This document shows, one piece after another, positions 1-11,699 of a DNA stretch of 64,000 nucleotides. Source of the DNA: Perkinsus olseni (taxonomy: Eukaryota); assembly GCA_013115125.1 (NCBI GenBank), contig JABANN010000012.1, positions 62,001-126,000 of the forward strand. Direction: 5' to 3'. The translations under genes were made by a program, and so were the position numbers. Below the pieces are notes generated by a model. It worked only from the letters and a program-made list of their open reading frames with translations. It did no database searches and was not told the DNA's origin. The first letter of the stretch is position 1. Each line of letters starts with the position of its first letter.

Positions 1-393
1 CCACGTCACAATCGGCCACGACGACGGCCCAGACTCGACCTCGACCAGTCATAGAGAAAGTGAACGATGTATCGTCCGTCAGCAGCCCTCACACGACAGC
101 GATCCGGCCGAGCCCTGGCATTGATGCTCGTGATAGACCAGCAGAAGTTTCCCCGTCAGCAGCAGAGCTTGCGAACCTTGTGGATCAGCGACTCCAAAGT
201 CTGGAGCAATCTCTGGCCCATCAGCTCAGCGAGCACATTGAGCGGGTAGAGCGCCGATTAACAGCCATCGAGGGAACTTTGGCGAAGCTACCGGAACGTG
301 ACCCGGGTAGGGAGTGCGCTTCGATATTATCACTGTGACGCCGTGGCTGTTCTCTCAGATGCTCAAGTCCAACCCCAAGTGTATCGCATTGTA
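1..393 (+). CDS. Probable 3' exons of a gene entering from the left edge (Ser-rich segment plus coiled coil); function unknown
   Basis: ORF 60..338 reads ELANLVDQRLQSLEQSLAHQLSEHIERVERRLTAIEGTLAKL (heptad-like). It is followed by a typical short intron (gtaggg...ctctcag, ~307-358). Confidence 0.4.
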
Positions 394-525
394 GACATCT
401 GGCGACATCCGCATCATGTTACTCCTGCCACATGATTACCCGGGCTTCTCGCTCACCCGGCCGCCGAGTTGCCTTCATAGTGAAGCTCCCCGTCACTCTA
501 GAGCGCTCGTCAGCTTCGGTTATAA

Positions 526-3519
526 ATGCCTCCTTCGTTTCACCGACGAGCCTCCAGACCTGTGGTGAAGTCCGGTGCAGCCGCGGGGAGTCGACGAGAG
601 TCTCTTCGACAGGACTTTCCTCGTCTCTTGTCGAAGCGTGAGCAGGATTTCTTGCATAGGGACATGGAGCGAGAGCTAATGGAAGCGCCATCTCTACCTA
701 CTATAAGCCATCGGCCTCCTCCCCCTCTATTGAATCCCTCCACGACATCCATCCAGGCGAAGTTTGACTTGTGCCTTGATCAAGCAGTCAAGTGCACCGA
801 TGAAGACCTCGAAAGGGCCGTCAAGAACGTCTTTGATGTGGTCGAGTCGCTCCCGTCTCGAGGGGGCCTCACCACTCCCGACCCCCGTATGCAGGCTTTA
901 CTGGCTCGAGTCACCGCAAGGACTGACCTATCCTCTGTTGACACGCTGTTCTACACAGCAATGCTTGGCCTAAGCGTCGGCGGCACGAACTGCGACCGTC
1001 TGTTCGAGGAGATCTTGTCGGTCGGTCGAGTCTACGAGGTTGCACCAACGAACCTTGTTCGACTGTTTCGCGCCAGGTCCTTGAGAACCTCCCTTGGTGA
1101 TCTCGAGTGGCAAATACTGGCTTCGATGGTTACCAACGATATCAGACTGGTGGCTCTGGTCCCTTTATTGGAGCTTCTCGCCCTTGCTAAGGTCGAAGAG
1201 GCCACTTCTTGGGAGCTAGCTCTTGGGTCGCTCTCCTGGCTCACCTTGTCCGTCCCGGAGTTCCTCAGCTGCCTCTCTGCCTTGAAGGCCTGTCCCGATG
1301 TCGAGCTTGCTGCCAAGCATTGTGCCAGAGCAGTGCATGCCCTGGACGATGGCCTTGTCTACGAGCTGCTCTCATTGGCTGACCGAGACTCTCTTCTCTT
1401 CACACTTGCCATCCTCAAGCACCGCTTCGAATCGCGGGTTCTCTGCCCTCACCCGTTACAGGTGGAGGTAGCAGACGGACCTGCACGACTGCTGGCTCGG
1501 AGGCTAGCCTCAGATATGAACCTCGATCAAGCGGGGTTTCCGAGGATGTGCCGAGTTTCGATGGCACTCGTGCAGCTCGGTCGTCTACCAGACTGGACTG
1601 TGAAGGCCATAGAGAAGCGCCTGGCGTCGCCGAGGCTGGTGCTCCTCCCATCGGCCGGGGTTCAACCCACCGATCTGCTTAGTTTGATGTGGGCGTTACA
1701 TCGATGGCCAAACTCATGGCGCCGGCGATCCGAGTGGGGTGCCCCCGACGGGCTCGGTGCCCAGCTCCACATGGCCCTCAGGGCACATTTAACCTCGGGT
1801 ACCATGTCTGCTCGGATGCTACTAACGGCTGTCGAGTGCCTGGCGTCAATCACCACGAGGAAGACCAAACCGGTACTTCTTGATGCGATGCGAGAGGCGG
1901 CAAGACTGGCGCTGGAGGGTAAGGAGGACCTCACACTGAACGAGATCTGTATGGCAGCCACGACCTACACTGTTCGACTGCAGTTCGCCTCGATTGAGCC
2001 ACAGACAACAGTCGCCTTCCTGCAGCTTCTGCATCAACGTGGACTGAGCAAACTCACCACTCCTCAACTTGCAGATCTTTGTGAAGTCCATTCTTACGCC
2101 CGCATAGTGATGGGCTTACCGGAGACTTTGGACGCGCTGACCACGAGGCTCGCCGATACGGGCGGATTGATTGCTCCAGCCGTGGCTGCTAGGGTTTTGG
2201 TATCAGGGGCGAAGATGCAGGCAGGGGCACCTGAAGGTTTGATGCTTGCTCTGGCGAAGGCTGTCAACGCGGCTGACAACCTGCATCCCCGAGTAGCGGC
2301 AAGGAGCTTATGGGGTATCACAGCTTGGCTGGCCGGACGGCAAGGGGAGCCTGGATTGACAGTTGAGCTGGAAAAGCTTGTCATGGCTGTTGCCAGTAGA
2401 GAGTCGATGGAGACTGTGCTCGAGCACAGGGCCGTGTCCGGCATGCTATGGCAAGCTCTGAGTATCCCGCACGGTGACATGGGGATACGCGAGACTCTAG
2501 GGGGATACAGAGCGCACTTGCTGGCCCTGGACCACAGCGATGAGTACAATACGCTCCCATCGGGGCCTATTCCGGATATCGACGGCCTTCTAGAGCAGGC
2601 TGGCCTCGGCCGTACTCCCGCTCTCGAAAAGCACAAGGCAGCGGGCGGAAGTCCGCCTCTACTAGCTGACTCGAGAGAGGTCGAGGATGAAGTAGGGTCG
2701 ATCGAGCCATCCGACGAATTTAAGCTGAACCTAGCTTTGGCCGAGCCAGTTTTGGGGGATGCTGAGGGGATGGGAGGCTTTGGTGGCGCGGGTGAGGGGA
2801 GGGAAAGTCTCCCGGAATTGGACGCTGACATGCGTCAGATCTTGGGGGGCCATGCGTGGAGGCAGTTGATCTGCGACAGTACCGAACGAGAGCGGGCTTC
2901 GACACAATCCGACGAGAAGCGGACTACCGCAAATGGATTGGATTCTAGGGAAGATGATGAGGACCTCGACTCCCCGAAGGATGCGTCCTACCTAGCGGGG
3001 CTCAGAGCAGCTGCGTTGAAACGAAGCCCTCGAGCAACATTCCCGAAACTACAGGGCTTGCTGGCTGACATTCTCAGTGCTCTGAAAGTGTGTCAGAGGC
3101 TACCTCGAGTAGGCAACGAGCTAGAGCATGAGTGGCATAGAGACAGTGGAGGTTTCGAGTATTTACCGCGACTCCACGAGCAGTTCGACCTCGACTGGCT
3201 GCATAAGGGTGCCAAGATCGGTATTATGGTCTTGGGTCCACGCAGCTATGCTGTCGACGATCAGCGGCATCTCCTCTGCGACGCAAGAATGTCCAAACTC
3301 CAGTTTGAGGCGCTGGGACTAAACGTGGTGGTCCTGCATTCAGACCTCTTGAATGCAGCATACGACGTGGGAGAAGCCGAGTTGAAGAGGAGAGTTAAAC
3401 GTGCTAACCGTCTACCTGAATTAAACGATGATTTGGCAATGCTAAGAAGAAGCATTGATGTCGTTCTTGGCGTCGATGAAGGACGAGATGAGATCACTGT
3501 ATGTGCCCATGGAGTGTAG
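526..3519 (+). CDS. RAP-domain-containing helical-repeat protein (probable organellar RNA-binding protein), intronless
   Basis: 997-aa ORF with a Leu/Ala-rich helical body. The C-terminal FDLDWLHKGAKIGIMVLGPRSYAVDDQRHLLCDARMSKLQFEALGLNVVVL resembles the RAP-domain pattern (DI...iaiEvdGpxHf...kxrxLxxxGwxvv). Confidence 0.7.
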   Translation: MPPSFHRRASRPVVKSGAAAGSRRESLRQDFPRLLSKREQDFLHRDMERELMEAPSLPTISHRPPPPLLNPSTTSIQAKFDLCLDQAVKCTDEDLERAVKNVFDVVESLPSRGGLTTPDPRMQALLARVTARTDLSSVDTLFYTAMLGLSVGGTNCDRLFEEILSVGRVYEVAPTNLVRLFRARSLRTSLGDLEWQILASMVTNDIRLVALVPLLELLALAKVEEATSWELALGSLSWLTLSVPEFLSCLSALKACPDVELAAKHCARAVHALDDGLVYELLSLADRDSLLFTLAILKHRFESRVLCPHPLQVEVADGPARLLARRLASDMNLDQAGFPRMCRVSMALVQLGRLPDWTVKAIEKRLASPRLVLLPSAGVQPTDLLSLMWALHRWPNSWRRRSEWGAPDGLGAQLHMALRAHLTSGTMSARMLLTAVECLASITTRKTKPVLLDAMREAARLALEGKEDLTLNEICMAATTYTVRLQFASIEPQTTVAFLQLLHQRGLSKLTTPQLADLCEVHSYARIVMGLPETLDALTTRLADTGGLIAPAVAARVLVSGAKMQAGAPEGLMLALAKAVNAADNLHPRVAARSLWGITAWLAGRQGEPGLTVELEKLVMAVASRESMETVLEHRAVSGMLWQALSIPHGDMGIRETLGGYRAHLLALDHSDEYNTLPSGPIPDIDGLLEQAGLGRTPALEKHKAAGGSPPLLADSREVEDEVGSIEPSDEFKLNLALAEPVLGDAEGMGGFGGAGEGRESLPELDADMRQILGGHAWRQLICDSTERERASTQSDEKRTTANGLDSREDDEDLDSPKDASYLAGLRAAALKRSPRATFPKLQGLLADILSALKVCQRLPRVGNELEHEWHRDSGGFEYLPRLHEQFDLDWLHKGAKIGIMVLGPRSYAVDDQRHLLCDARMSKLQFEALGLNVVVLHSDLLNAAYDVGEAELKRRVKRANRLPELNDDLAMLRRSIDVVLGVDEGRDEITVCAHGV

Positions 3520-3640
3520 TTTCTGTAACCCAGTTTCTGTTCGGTTGATAAAAAAGCTACATACTGGGTTATAGGAGGCATTTTCGTTGTGGCAGCCGCT
3601 CGTACTTTGAGCGCTTGTGCACGGTACCGATAAGCTAACA

Positions 3641-3712
3641 GGGCTGTGCCGAGAATTGAACTTGGGACCTCTCGCACCCTAAGCGAGAATCATACCACTA
3701 GACCACACAGCC
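3641..3712 (-). tRNA. tRNA-Pro (anticodon AGG), copy 1, with one T-stem mismatch
   Basis: Reverse complement GGCTGTGTGGTCTAGTGGTATGATTCTCGCTTAGGGTGCGAGAGGTCCCAAGTTCAATTCTCGGCACAGCCC folds as a 72-nt cloverleaf with anticodon loop TTAGGGT. Confidence 0.93.
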
Positions 3713-3849
3713 GATGTGTTTTTGCATTCTCCTACAGTAGCTGTACAAGGATTGATTGTGATGCTAGTTACATCGTCCGACTGTCGTGGTTCCACCTCTC
3801 TACACCACACGAGCCGCTCAACGGGTAGCGCTGCGAGTGCAGAGAGCTG

Positions 3850-4640
3850 CAGAGACTGTGTGACTCGAGTAATGCGATCGATTGTCTCTGGGGATGTTGT
3901 TTGACGCAACAATTCCTGTAAAAGTCGGGACGGACCTTATGTGTGTATGGTGACGTGGATGTCGATTTTCCTGGCGCGTCGATCAATTGTTGCTCAGCCA
4001 CCAGCCGGTGCGATGATACGGGTCACACTGCGGCTGATACGAGGTTGCTTCATGGCTCAGGCGCATCAGCATATCATTCACGAAGTCTTCCTGCTACATA
4101 TCGTCTCGAGCCTCGAGACTCGAGGTGATGTTTTGGATGATACTGATCGCAAGTCGGAAGAACTGCCTCTGAAGGAGACAGCGCATTGTTGTCGGAGCCG
4201 TTGATTGGAGGTGAGAACACTTCTACAGGTCCACGGCATCTTCATTTACTATCTCCGTGTTCCGTGGCAGCGCATGCCGCTGGGGCCCACAGTCGATCTA
4301 CCCATACGCACGAGCAAGAGCTGAGAGGATAGCCCTGACGCTGGACAGTTCGCAGGAGACGCCGCGCGAACACGCGAGCGACGAGCATCATTTCCGCGCA
4401 TGTGAACGCCTCCTCGACAAAACGGTGAGAGTTCCGAAAGTTGAGAACCGATGTTACAAAGTACGAAGGAAAGTATTTCCTTGAGGCCAAGTGTCGTCTA
4501 CAAGCTGTATCGTGGCCAGGCGGGCTGAGGCAAAAGAATCCGATTTACGCTAGAATAATCAGTGCGATGTTTTGCACCCACGCGAAAATTGCAATGAACT
4601 CGATGTAGAGGGATTCGGCTCAGCCGAATCTGCTGCGACC
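3850..4640 (-). pseudogene. Decayed duplicate of the 3' half of the neighbouring TMEM184/OST-alpha gene
   Basis: Colinear similarity with the intact gene: 3901-3925 to 5111-5135, 4041-4100 to 5263-5330, 4281-4310 to 5519-5550, 4561-4610 to 5792-5845. Translation retains QEDFVND (intact gene QEDFLND) next to a TAG stop and a frameshift. Confidence 0.75.
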
Positions 4641-4846
4641 GGCTTGGGGACTCCCCGTCTTTCGAGGAGCTCTCGGGTCGCATGGTCTTCCTGCCGGCAC
4701 GCGCGATTCAGTAGAGAGTCTCCATCAGGTTCGTCATCAGCAGAGGTTTCTAGCGACGATGCCTAGGAGACTGCGGCTGCCCCCGCTGTTCGGGAGCACG
4801 AGACGACGTTCTCAGGATATAACCGCAGGGAATATGGAATATGACT

Positions 4847-4918
4847 GGGCTGTGCCGAGAATTGAACTCGGGACCTCTCGCACCCTAAGCGAGAATCATA
4901 CCACTAGACCACACAGCC
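4847..4918 (-). tRNA. tRNA-Pro (anticodon AGG), copy 2
   Basis: Identical to copy 1 except for G in the T-stem, which gives a fully paired CCGAG/CTCGG stem. Confidence 0.96.
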
Positions 4919-5050
4919 GATGAAACCAATAGTGATGTCCAGCCCTCTGCGATTGATTCCGAAGCGCAGTAGACAAATTTCCACCTTGTTACGCAACACA
5001 TGAGGTGCGCGGGACAACGCCGATGCAGACAGCTCTGAGCACACTCTATG

Positions 5051-6792
5051 CTAAGGAGTGCTATCAATCGTGACTGCCGATGATACTGAGCACGAAGCGA
5101 TCTTCTGACTTTGACTAGACAATCCCTGTAAGACGCGAAGGGACTGTAGACGTGGCGATTGCAGTGGGCGCCTACTTCCCGAATACCGTCCTCCGGCGTG
5201 CCAGCTGACCTCTGCTGAGCTATCCAGCTGTGCGACTCCATAAGTCGCATTGCAGCCGACTCGAGGTCGCTGCGTGGCTTAAGCGTATCAATGATATCAT
5301 TTAGGAAGTCTTCTTGCTGAATGATATCCTGAAGTGGATGCAAGACGATAAGCGCTGCAAGTCGGGTGGGAGTCACGCCGTCACCGAGTCACCGAGTAAT
5401 ATTATCTACGAGAATAGTGCTATGGTGTTGTCGAGCCATTATTTGCAGATGCGACCTACCTTTACTGGAGCATGCCACCTCCTCCTCCCGACTTCGACAT
5501 CCGCGCCAGCAGATGCTATGGGCGCCCACAGTCGATCAACCTATGCATCAGCATGGCGGGGCCGAAATTGCTACACTCGACGGAGGCTTACTGGAAACGC
5601 TGCCACGAAGACGCAAGCAACGAGTGTCATCTCAACGCAGGTAAGCGTCTCCTCGAGGATCACGAGAGAGTTACGAACGTTGGATGACGACTGAAGAAAT
5701 AGGGAAAGAATGTCTCTCTTGAGCCGGAAGGGGTTCCCATAAGAATCCTACCGAGGTGAATCGAATGATGCCAACTTCCACTAGGATCATCAGTACGATG
5801 TTTTGCGCCCACGGGAAAAAGACTATGAACTTGATCAAGAGGAACTTGGGCAGCGGTCTGAAAGGGTCGAGTAGATCCCGAGTAGCCCGGTAGAACATCC
5901 CCAGAGAATAACTGAAATAGAACAAGGGATGAGGCCGCTGCATTCAGTACGGGGTAAGCTCACATGGCCAATGACACTGAGGTGTTCACGATAGCTGTCA
6001 ACGTGAGGAAAGCGACTCTACTATCTAGAGTGTCCTCCGTGTACACTCCAAAGGCGTGACAGAGCAGCACCGCTGCTGATGATAGCGGCTTGAGTATCTG
6101 CATCGCAGGGAGCTCAAACGACTGCATGCCTCAGCACCAGTGATAGGCTAGTCTCAGATACCCGCAGCAGAACGCCAACTCACCACAAACTGTATACAGC
6201 CAGTTCGAAGGATCCACAGAAGCCTCTCATCAATGGGAAGGGGCTTGGGCATAAACCAAGACAATGGCCATAGCCAACTCACACGATGGCCGTGATCGAA
6301 GTGGAGTAGCAGACGACGTGAGCCACCTGACAAACAGACATACCTCCCGAGCGACGCCTCGTCGATGAAGCTGCGGCCCGCAGTAGAGCTCACCCAGGTA
6401 GTTGACGTTAAGAACCATGAACATGTATAGGGCGTACGCCTCGTATGCATCCCTTACGAGTGCTAGGGCATACCTGAGGATCGCGCTCATACACCCAGAC
6501 GACTATAAGATTAACTTACCTCTTCTCTGGGTGCAGCACACTGGCCCAGGCGCAGAGGCAGTAGATCGGGACCAACAGTATTATCCGGGCTATATAAACC
6601 TGATGAAGAACCCTTCGGAAAACCCCAAGCCGAGCCGCTAACCTGGAACTCCGGTGCCACCCATCTTTTAGCGTGCTGGTACAGATGTGATAGCGCTATC
6701 GCCATACAGGCACCAGTGCTTAACGAAGCGACGGTTATGGCGCTGATGGAAGGCAGGTGGGGAATCAGCGATGCTATATACGGGTGGTGCAT
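5051..6792 (-). CDS. TMEM184 / organic solute transporter alpha family membrane protein (multi-exon)
   Basis: Exon peptides ALSHLYQHAKRWVAPEFQ, VYIARIILLVPIY, VRDAYEAYALYMF and DLLDPFRPLPKFLLIKFIVFFPWAQ are the hallmark motifs of the Solute_trans_a family. Confidence 0.88.
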
Positions 6793-6955
6793 GGTCAGGG
6801 AGTGCCACGGAGTAGAGGGAGCATTCAGTAAGTAAAGGGGCCTTAGAAGGACACGTCCATGGAGTTGCTAAGTCGCTCAGGATCCACGCTAATACCCGGG
6901 GGAACGGAACACGGAATTGTTGCTGAGATACTAGACAAATCAAAACGGGGCGGCG

Positions 6956-9900
6956 TCACCACAGCCTGCCGGAGTCATCGTCAAGCTCGGCCATGAATCG
7001 TGAGAAATCCTCTTCCCCGAGTGCACTTCGAAGTGCGTCCCGCCGGCAAGACTCATTGGTGGCGGGGCGAAAGCTGTACCCATCTTCTTTCGGCGTACGG
7101 CGCGACCCTCGTCTGCTGCTGCTGAACTGGAAGGGTTGTGGCACTGTCAGAGTCGGAACCCAGTCTTTCGGCTGCGAAACAGTCCGCATCGTTGAGGCCT
7201 CTCGCTTCTGTCTGTCCTTACAACGGGCTCTGAGAATGCATCACCATCGCCAGCAGGGCCTCCACACCATCAACTCACTCTTCTGCCATCCTACGATTCT
7301 CCATGAAACGATCGTAGCCGCTAATTAGAACCGGTCCTGCGGGGATGGCAGAGCACGAGCTCATTGTTGAGGTGCCTGGAATCATTTTCGTCGAGTGATG
7401 TCAGCCTCGTGCATGTCTGACTCTGCAAGTCGCTCCTCCGCAGGCTAGGCCCACCACTTGCCGCCGCTGTTCTCGGAGTGAAAGTGCACTCCTTGAGCTC
7501 ATCGTACTGCCTTTGCTGTCGCTGCTCTTCAACTCTTTGCCTCCGCCGCTGCTGCTCCCTCGTTATATCAGCTGAACCGACGAGAGCATCTTCATCGATT
7601 CCCTTCGGATCAACTATCGTACCCATCAATTGCGATGGCTTGGAGAAGTTGTAGTGACTCTTCACGTGACTATAGGTGTCGCCTTGCCGCTCCGACGTAG
7701 AGCAGTCCTCTCTGAGACGGCTCTCCACCGTCATTACAGAGGCCTTCGTCCGCTGATATCGGCTCACTGTTCAGCCTCTGTACTCCGATCACTCCGTTCG
7801 CTCCTCATTTTGGCGGCGTCCTCGTACAATCGCTCATAAACCCGCCGATTCTCGGTATTACCCTTGGCGGCGTTGAGCTCTCGAGACTTGGGGTTAAGCT
7901 CAGGCCGAAACGTACAGTCAGGAGGGCCTCTCGACTGCAACCACTCCTGCTTCTTCCTACATGGGAGGGCGACTGGCTGGCGCCTCGTCAGAGCCTCTGA
8001 AGCTTACTGTCGCCGTCTAGCATCACTGCATTCGATCCTATGGGCCCGACTCCGCGGCGATTCACCTAACCAGGCTTGAGAAACCCTCGAAGACGTGACG
8101 ACTGTACATGCCTGAAGTTAAAGCTTCTGACACTGGATTCACCGAAGGCCTGAACGTGCACTCAGCATCGGGTGGGGCTTGCTCCTTCATCTCTGCGCGA
8201 GTTAGCCTGGCGTTTGCGAACTGTTCTGAGGAACCTTTTGTCCAGCGCGGCACGAAACGACATACAAGTCGAGTTCATAGGAGAGTCGAACCTTGCCGCG
8301 CCATGAAGCGTCGGATCCTCCTGTGCCTCTCATCCCTCGTCAATGGTACTGCGTCGTCCTCCATCCGAAGAGCCACGCCTCTCGCGGAAACCTCCTGTGC
8401 TCGTAGTAGTCTATCCTCTACCGGCAGGTTGGAGACGGTGTCTAAAATACAGAGCAGCAAATCACCGTGGTCTTTCGCCAGCCAACAGCACCCACCATGC
8501 ACCCTCCGTCTCTCGAGGATCTTCAGACTCTGGGGGTTAAGACTTGGTGTGAATGTGGCTTCCTTTCTCGCCTCAGCCTCGGCCTCTTTTCGCCTCAGCA
8601 GTAGGCGTTCCTGCCGTAGCTGCTGCACGGACTTGTACCTGAGGCCTAGTAGTCTATGGTGAACTCTAGCGCTCCACGTCGACTGGAATCGCCCCCAGTT
8701 CTTCAGCATGAAGTCCATTGAAGATCTAGTGCATCAATGACATCTTGGCAAGCCCCTCGCTTGCCTCTTTTCTATCGGCACTCGTTCGCCGAGCTGAGAA
8801 TCTGCCCTCGATGGACGCACCTCAGGCCTGCTCGAACAACGTGATACCGGTCCATGCCGACCTCAGAAGGGAAGGATCCACGAGCTAACCTGAAGGTATA
8901 GCCTTCGAGCTCCGTTGATTTCTTTATTTCTAAAGCCCTCTCTCGTGCAGCGCCACGGCGTTGGGCCTCGGAATGCAGCCGATCAGCGAGTTGTCCGGGG
9001 GTTGCTGAGGGATGCCGATCAAAAATTCTTAAGCGGGGCATGCTGTGGTGTACTGGGTCTCGTGCCCTCCACCATCTTCCGGCTGCGCACGCTGATCTTC
9101 GGCGTGAAGCTACATTTTTGAGCGGCACGTTCACGTTCTTCCTTCTCGGCCCGTCGACGCTGTTGTTCCTGATAGCCACATCATCGAAAAAATGTGGCGC
9201 GCAGAATCGAGGGCTCTGCAGCCGGGCAGAAATCCTCCCAAGGAAAGCTGCGGCCTCCGTACTCTAGCATACGTTCGCAGCCACAGGTCGACTTTTCCGC
9301 TGAACTCGGTGGGATTCACAGCCCTCTTCGCCCGGGCGTTGCCTCCGATCAAGATCCTGTGCAGCCCAAGCGCCGATGTCGCAAAGCCGGGTAGGAAGCA
9401 ACGCGGTCCTCGCCGCCTACTGATTTCTCTCTGATGAGCTCCGCTGAGGCCTTGGCGATATCTCGTGACGTGTTGGGCTGTGAACTATCCTACGAGAGGC
9501 TTCCGGACGATCGTTTACCTGCACCCTGGTATCGAACACCCAATACGTAGCGATCATCGGTTGTGCTGTCACTCAGAGTCCGGGAGGGCACTAGCATCAC
9601 ATCAATAGCTTCTGGCCTCGAGGCTCTCTGATCCCTCTCGTCTATCAGTTGCTGCATGGCCCTGTTGTGCACTCCGAGGGCATAAACTCGCTCATTGGGA
9701 TGTCTAGAGGGCCATCGGGTATCGCGCTCGGCCAGAAGCTGTTGCAAAGCCTGAGCAAAGGTTTTGCAGCGTGAGATTCAATTGAACGTAGCCACTGCGT
9801 GGCAGTGTATGAGTGGGGTTCGAGAAGAGACCCTCGGAAAGAAGAGCGCGACGGTTTTCTCGAACTAAAGTGGTAAGCATGCTTTTGTATGCTTAAGCAC

Positions 9901-10221
9901 ACGGCGCATAAGAGTTGCTCACGCTGCAGCCACCCGAGTTCCGTTCATCGGTCAAACTTCTGCCTACCGGGGAGACGTCAAGACTGTCTACGCGAACCTG
10001 GAATAAGATCGCTACAGGGTTGTGAGGCATCACCCGCAGGAGAACTCGCAGCCCTGGTGCGATCCACTGTCCATACTGCTGATGAAGGATCAAGTATGGT
10101 TCCAGACAGAAAAAACGATGTCTCTTACTGTGCCTTCACCGGACAGCCTCGACTCTCGATCCTGCAAGTATCGCTCACTGTCCGCGATCGATGCCTCCAC
10201 TGCATCAAGAGTGGAAGACAT
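6956..10221 (-). CDS. Uncharacterised multi-exon protein with repeated (C/A/Y)TFxP motifs and charged coiled-coil spacers
   Basis: Exons carry EGYTFR, EATFTPSLNPQS, ECTFRPSVNPVS, DCTFRPELNPKS, ECTFTPRT, TVPQPFQF and GYSFRPATN. The probable start is MSSTLDAVEASIADSERY at 10221. Confidence 0.7.
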
Positions 10222-10549
10222 AGGCAAATGAATGAATTTTAGAAGCAGCTGATCTGCTGCCGCGATATGAAACCGGAGTTAAGAACCTGGGTAGGTATGG
10301 TCTTCTTCGACCGTCTATCTGTGGAAGCGCGCCATTACCCTACAGCACTTTTTCGGAATACTTTCTGCGCGTTGTATTTCTTATTGGATGATGTATTGCC
10401 TCGCCCCCCCCCTCAGTTATGAAGAAACTAAGCCGCGATTGTCAACCCCGTACTGAGGTTGTGGCAGAGTTCACACATTCAGTACATACAGTACTGTTGA
10501 GAGGATCGAAGACACCAGGCGTGGGCCGATCGTGTCCACAAACTCCACA

Positions 10550-10623
10550 GCTGGAATGGTCTAGTTGGTTATGACGATCGCCTCACACGCGATAGGTCCC
10601 GAGTTCGACTCTCGGTTCCAGTA
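10550..10623 (+). tRNA. tRNA-Val (anticodon CAC)
   Basis: GCTGGAA TG GTC TAGTTGGTTAT GAC G ATCGC CTCACAC GCGAT AGGTC CCGAG TTCGACT CTCGG TTCCAGT A; all four stems pair. Confidence 0.95.
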
Positions 10624-11363
10624 TTTGTGTAAATCTTCCCCTAGATTCTTGCGCAATCTGTGCTCGTGGGTCACGAGTCGTGGCGGAGATCGCCTAGAAG
10701 AATCTATCAGCCAATTCCACGTTGCGAAGGACTTTTCTCTTCTCACAGTGATATGTATGCAGCAGCCTCTCTAGCCTCCCGAGAGTGTGTGACCTGGCGA
10801 CTCATCCGAACAATTTCTGGTTCCTTACATGCACTCGTTCAGGCTCCAAGGAACTCAGAAAATATTCTATCCATGAAACTTGTTTGGGATAATTCATATT
10901 CGCAGACTTCGTCCTGGGTGAGTCAACTGAGATGTACACCCGGTTCCTTCCCTCTAGCATTTATTAGTGAAGTAAGAAAAGTGTTATATGTCTGCTTCCC
11001 TGTCACGGCCCCAACGGCAGCCGGGTTGACCCGCTCGGTGTGAACCTGAAGTCTTGGATCTGCTGCTAATACCTGCCCGGAGTCCAGCTCGCTGGCCACT
11101 GGCTTCTGAGCGAATAGCTGCGACTCGGCACCCACCTTGAAAGCGCAGCCCAACTCATTATCGAAAGGGCCGTCGACATCGATGGCAACAATATGGCGAT
11201 CAATCAACGATGAGTTAGCCACCAGTCGAGCCCGCACTCGAGAAAATCCGAGGGACGGAGCAGCGATCTGAAGTGTCAGAAAAGTTTTTTGGACCTTTCG
11301 AGTCGAAAGTTTCGACCGCACTTTTTCACTCGGTTCAAGGGGCCGAGTGATCGAAATTACTAA

Positions 11364-11436
11364 GCGGCTTTGGCGCAGTAGGTAGCGCGTAGGTCTCATA
11401 ATCCTAAGGTCGCGAGTTCGATCCTCGCAGGCCGCA
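11364..11436 (+). tRNA. Elongator tRNA-Met (anticodon CAT)
   Basis: GCGGCTT TG GCGC AGTAGGTA GCGC G TAGGT CTCATAA TCCTA AGGTC GCGAG TTCGATC CTCGC AGGCCGC A. G1:C72, the TTC T-loop and the U31:U39 apposition are elongator rather than initiator features. Confidence 0.95.
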
Positions 11437-11699
11437 CTTATTCGTCCGGTTCACACGGTTCGCTCGTCAGCCATTACCTACCGCAGCGCATGCCATGGTA
11501 TTCACGTTGTTGGGTGCTAGCGGGCACAACGGCCGAACGTCGCCCTCGTAAATTACTACGTCCTCGCTTGGATCTGAGTAGCGGGTTTTCAGGTTACAGC
11601 GATTCAAACTTCAGTATCAGCAGGCGCCGAGAGAGAGTTGATCCTCACTTTGACGTCCATCCATTAGCGACGCCATCTTATTCATCAACGATCCAGTCA

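Noticed and set aside
2094-2831. 245-aa antisense ORF, and similar ones within the Piezo, GT2 and channel genes
   Set aside because: These are shadows of GC-rich coding sequence on the opposite strand with no recognisable motifs.
3646-3912. Small ORFs ending in AVWSSGMILA, repeated at 4885
   Set aside because: The shared peptide is only the translated tRNA-Pro sequence.
3641-4918. tRNA-Pro as a frameshift-suppressor tRNA for perkinsid mitochondrial frameshift sites
   Set aside because: Both copies have a normal 5-bp anticodon stem and a 7-nt loop.
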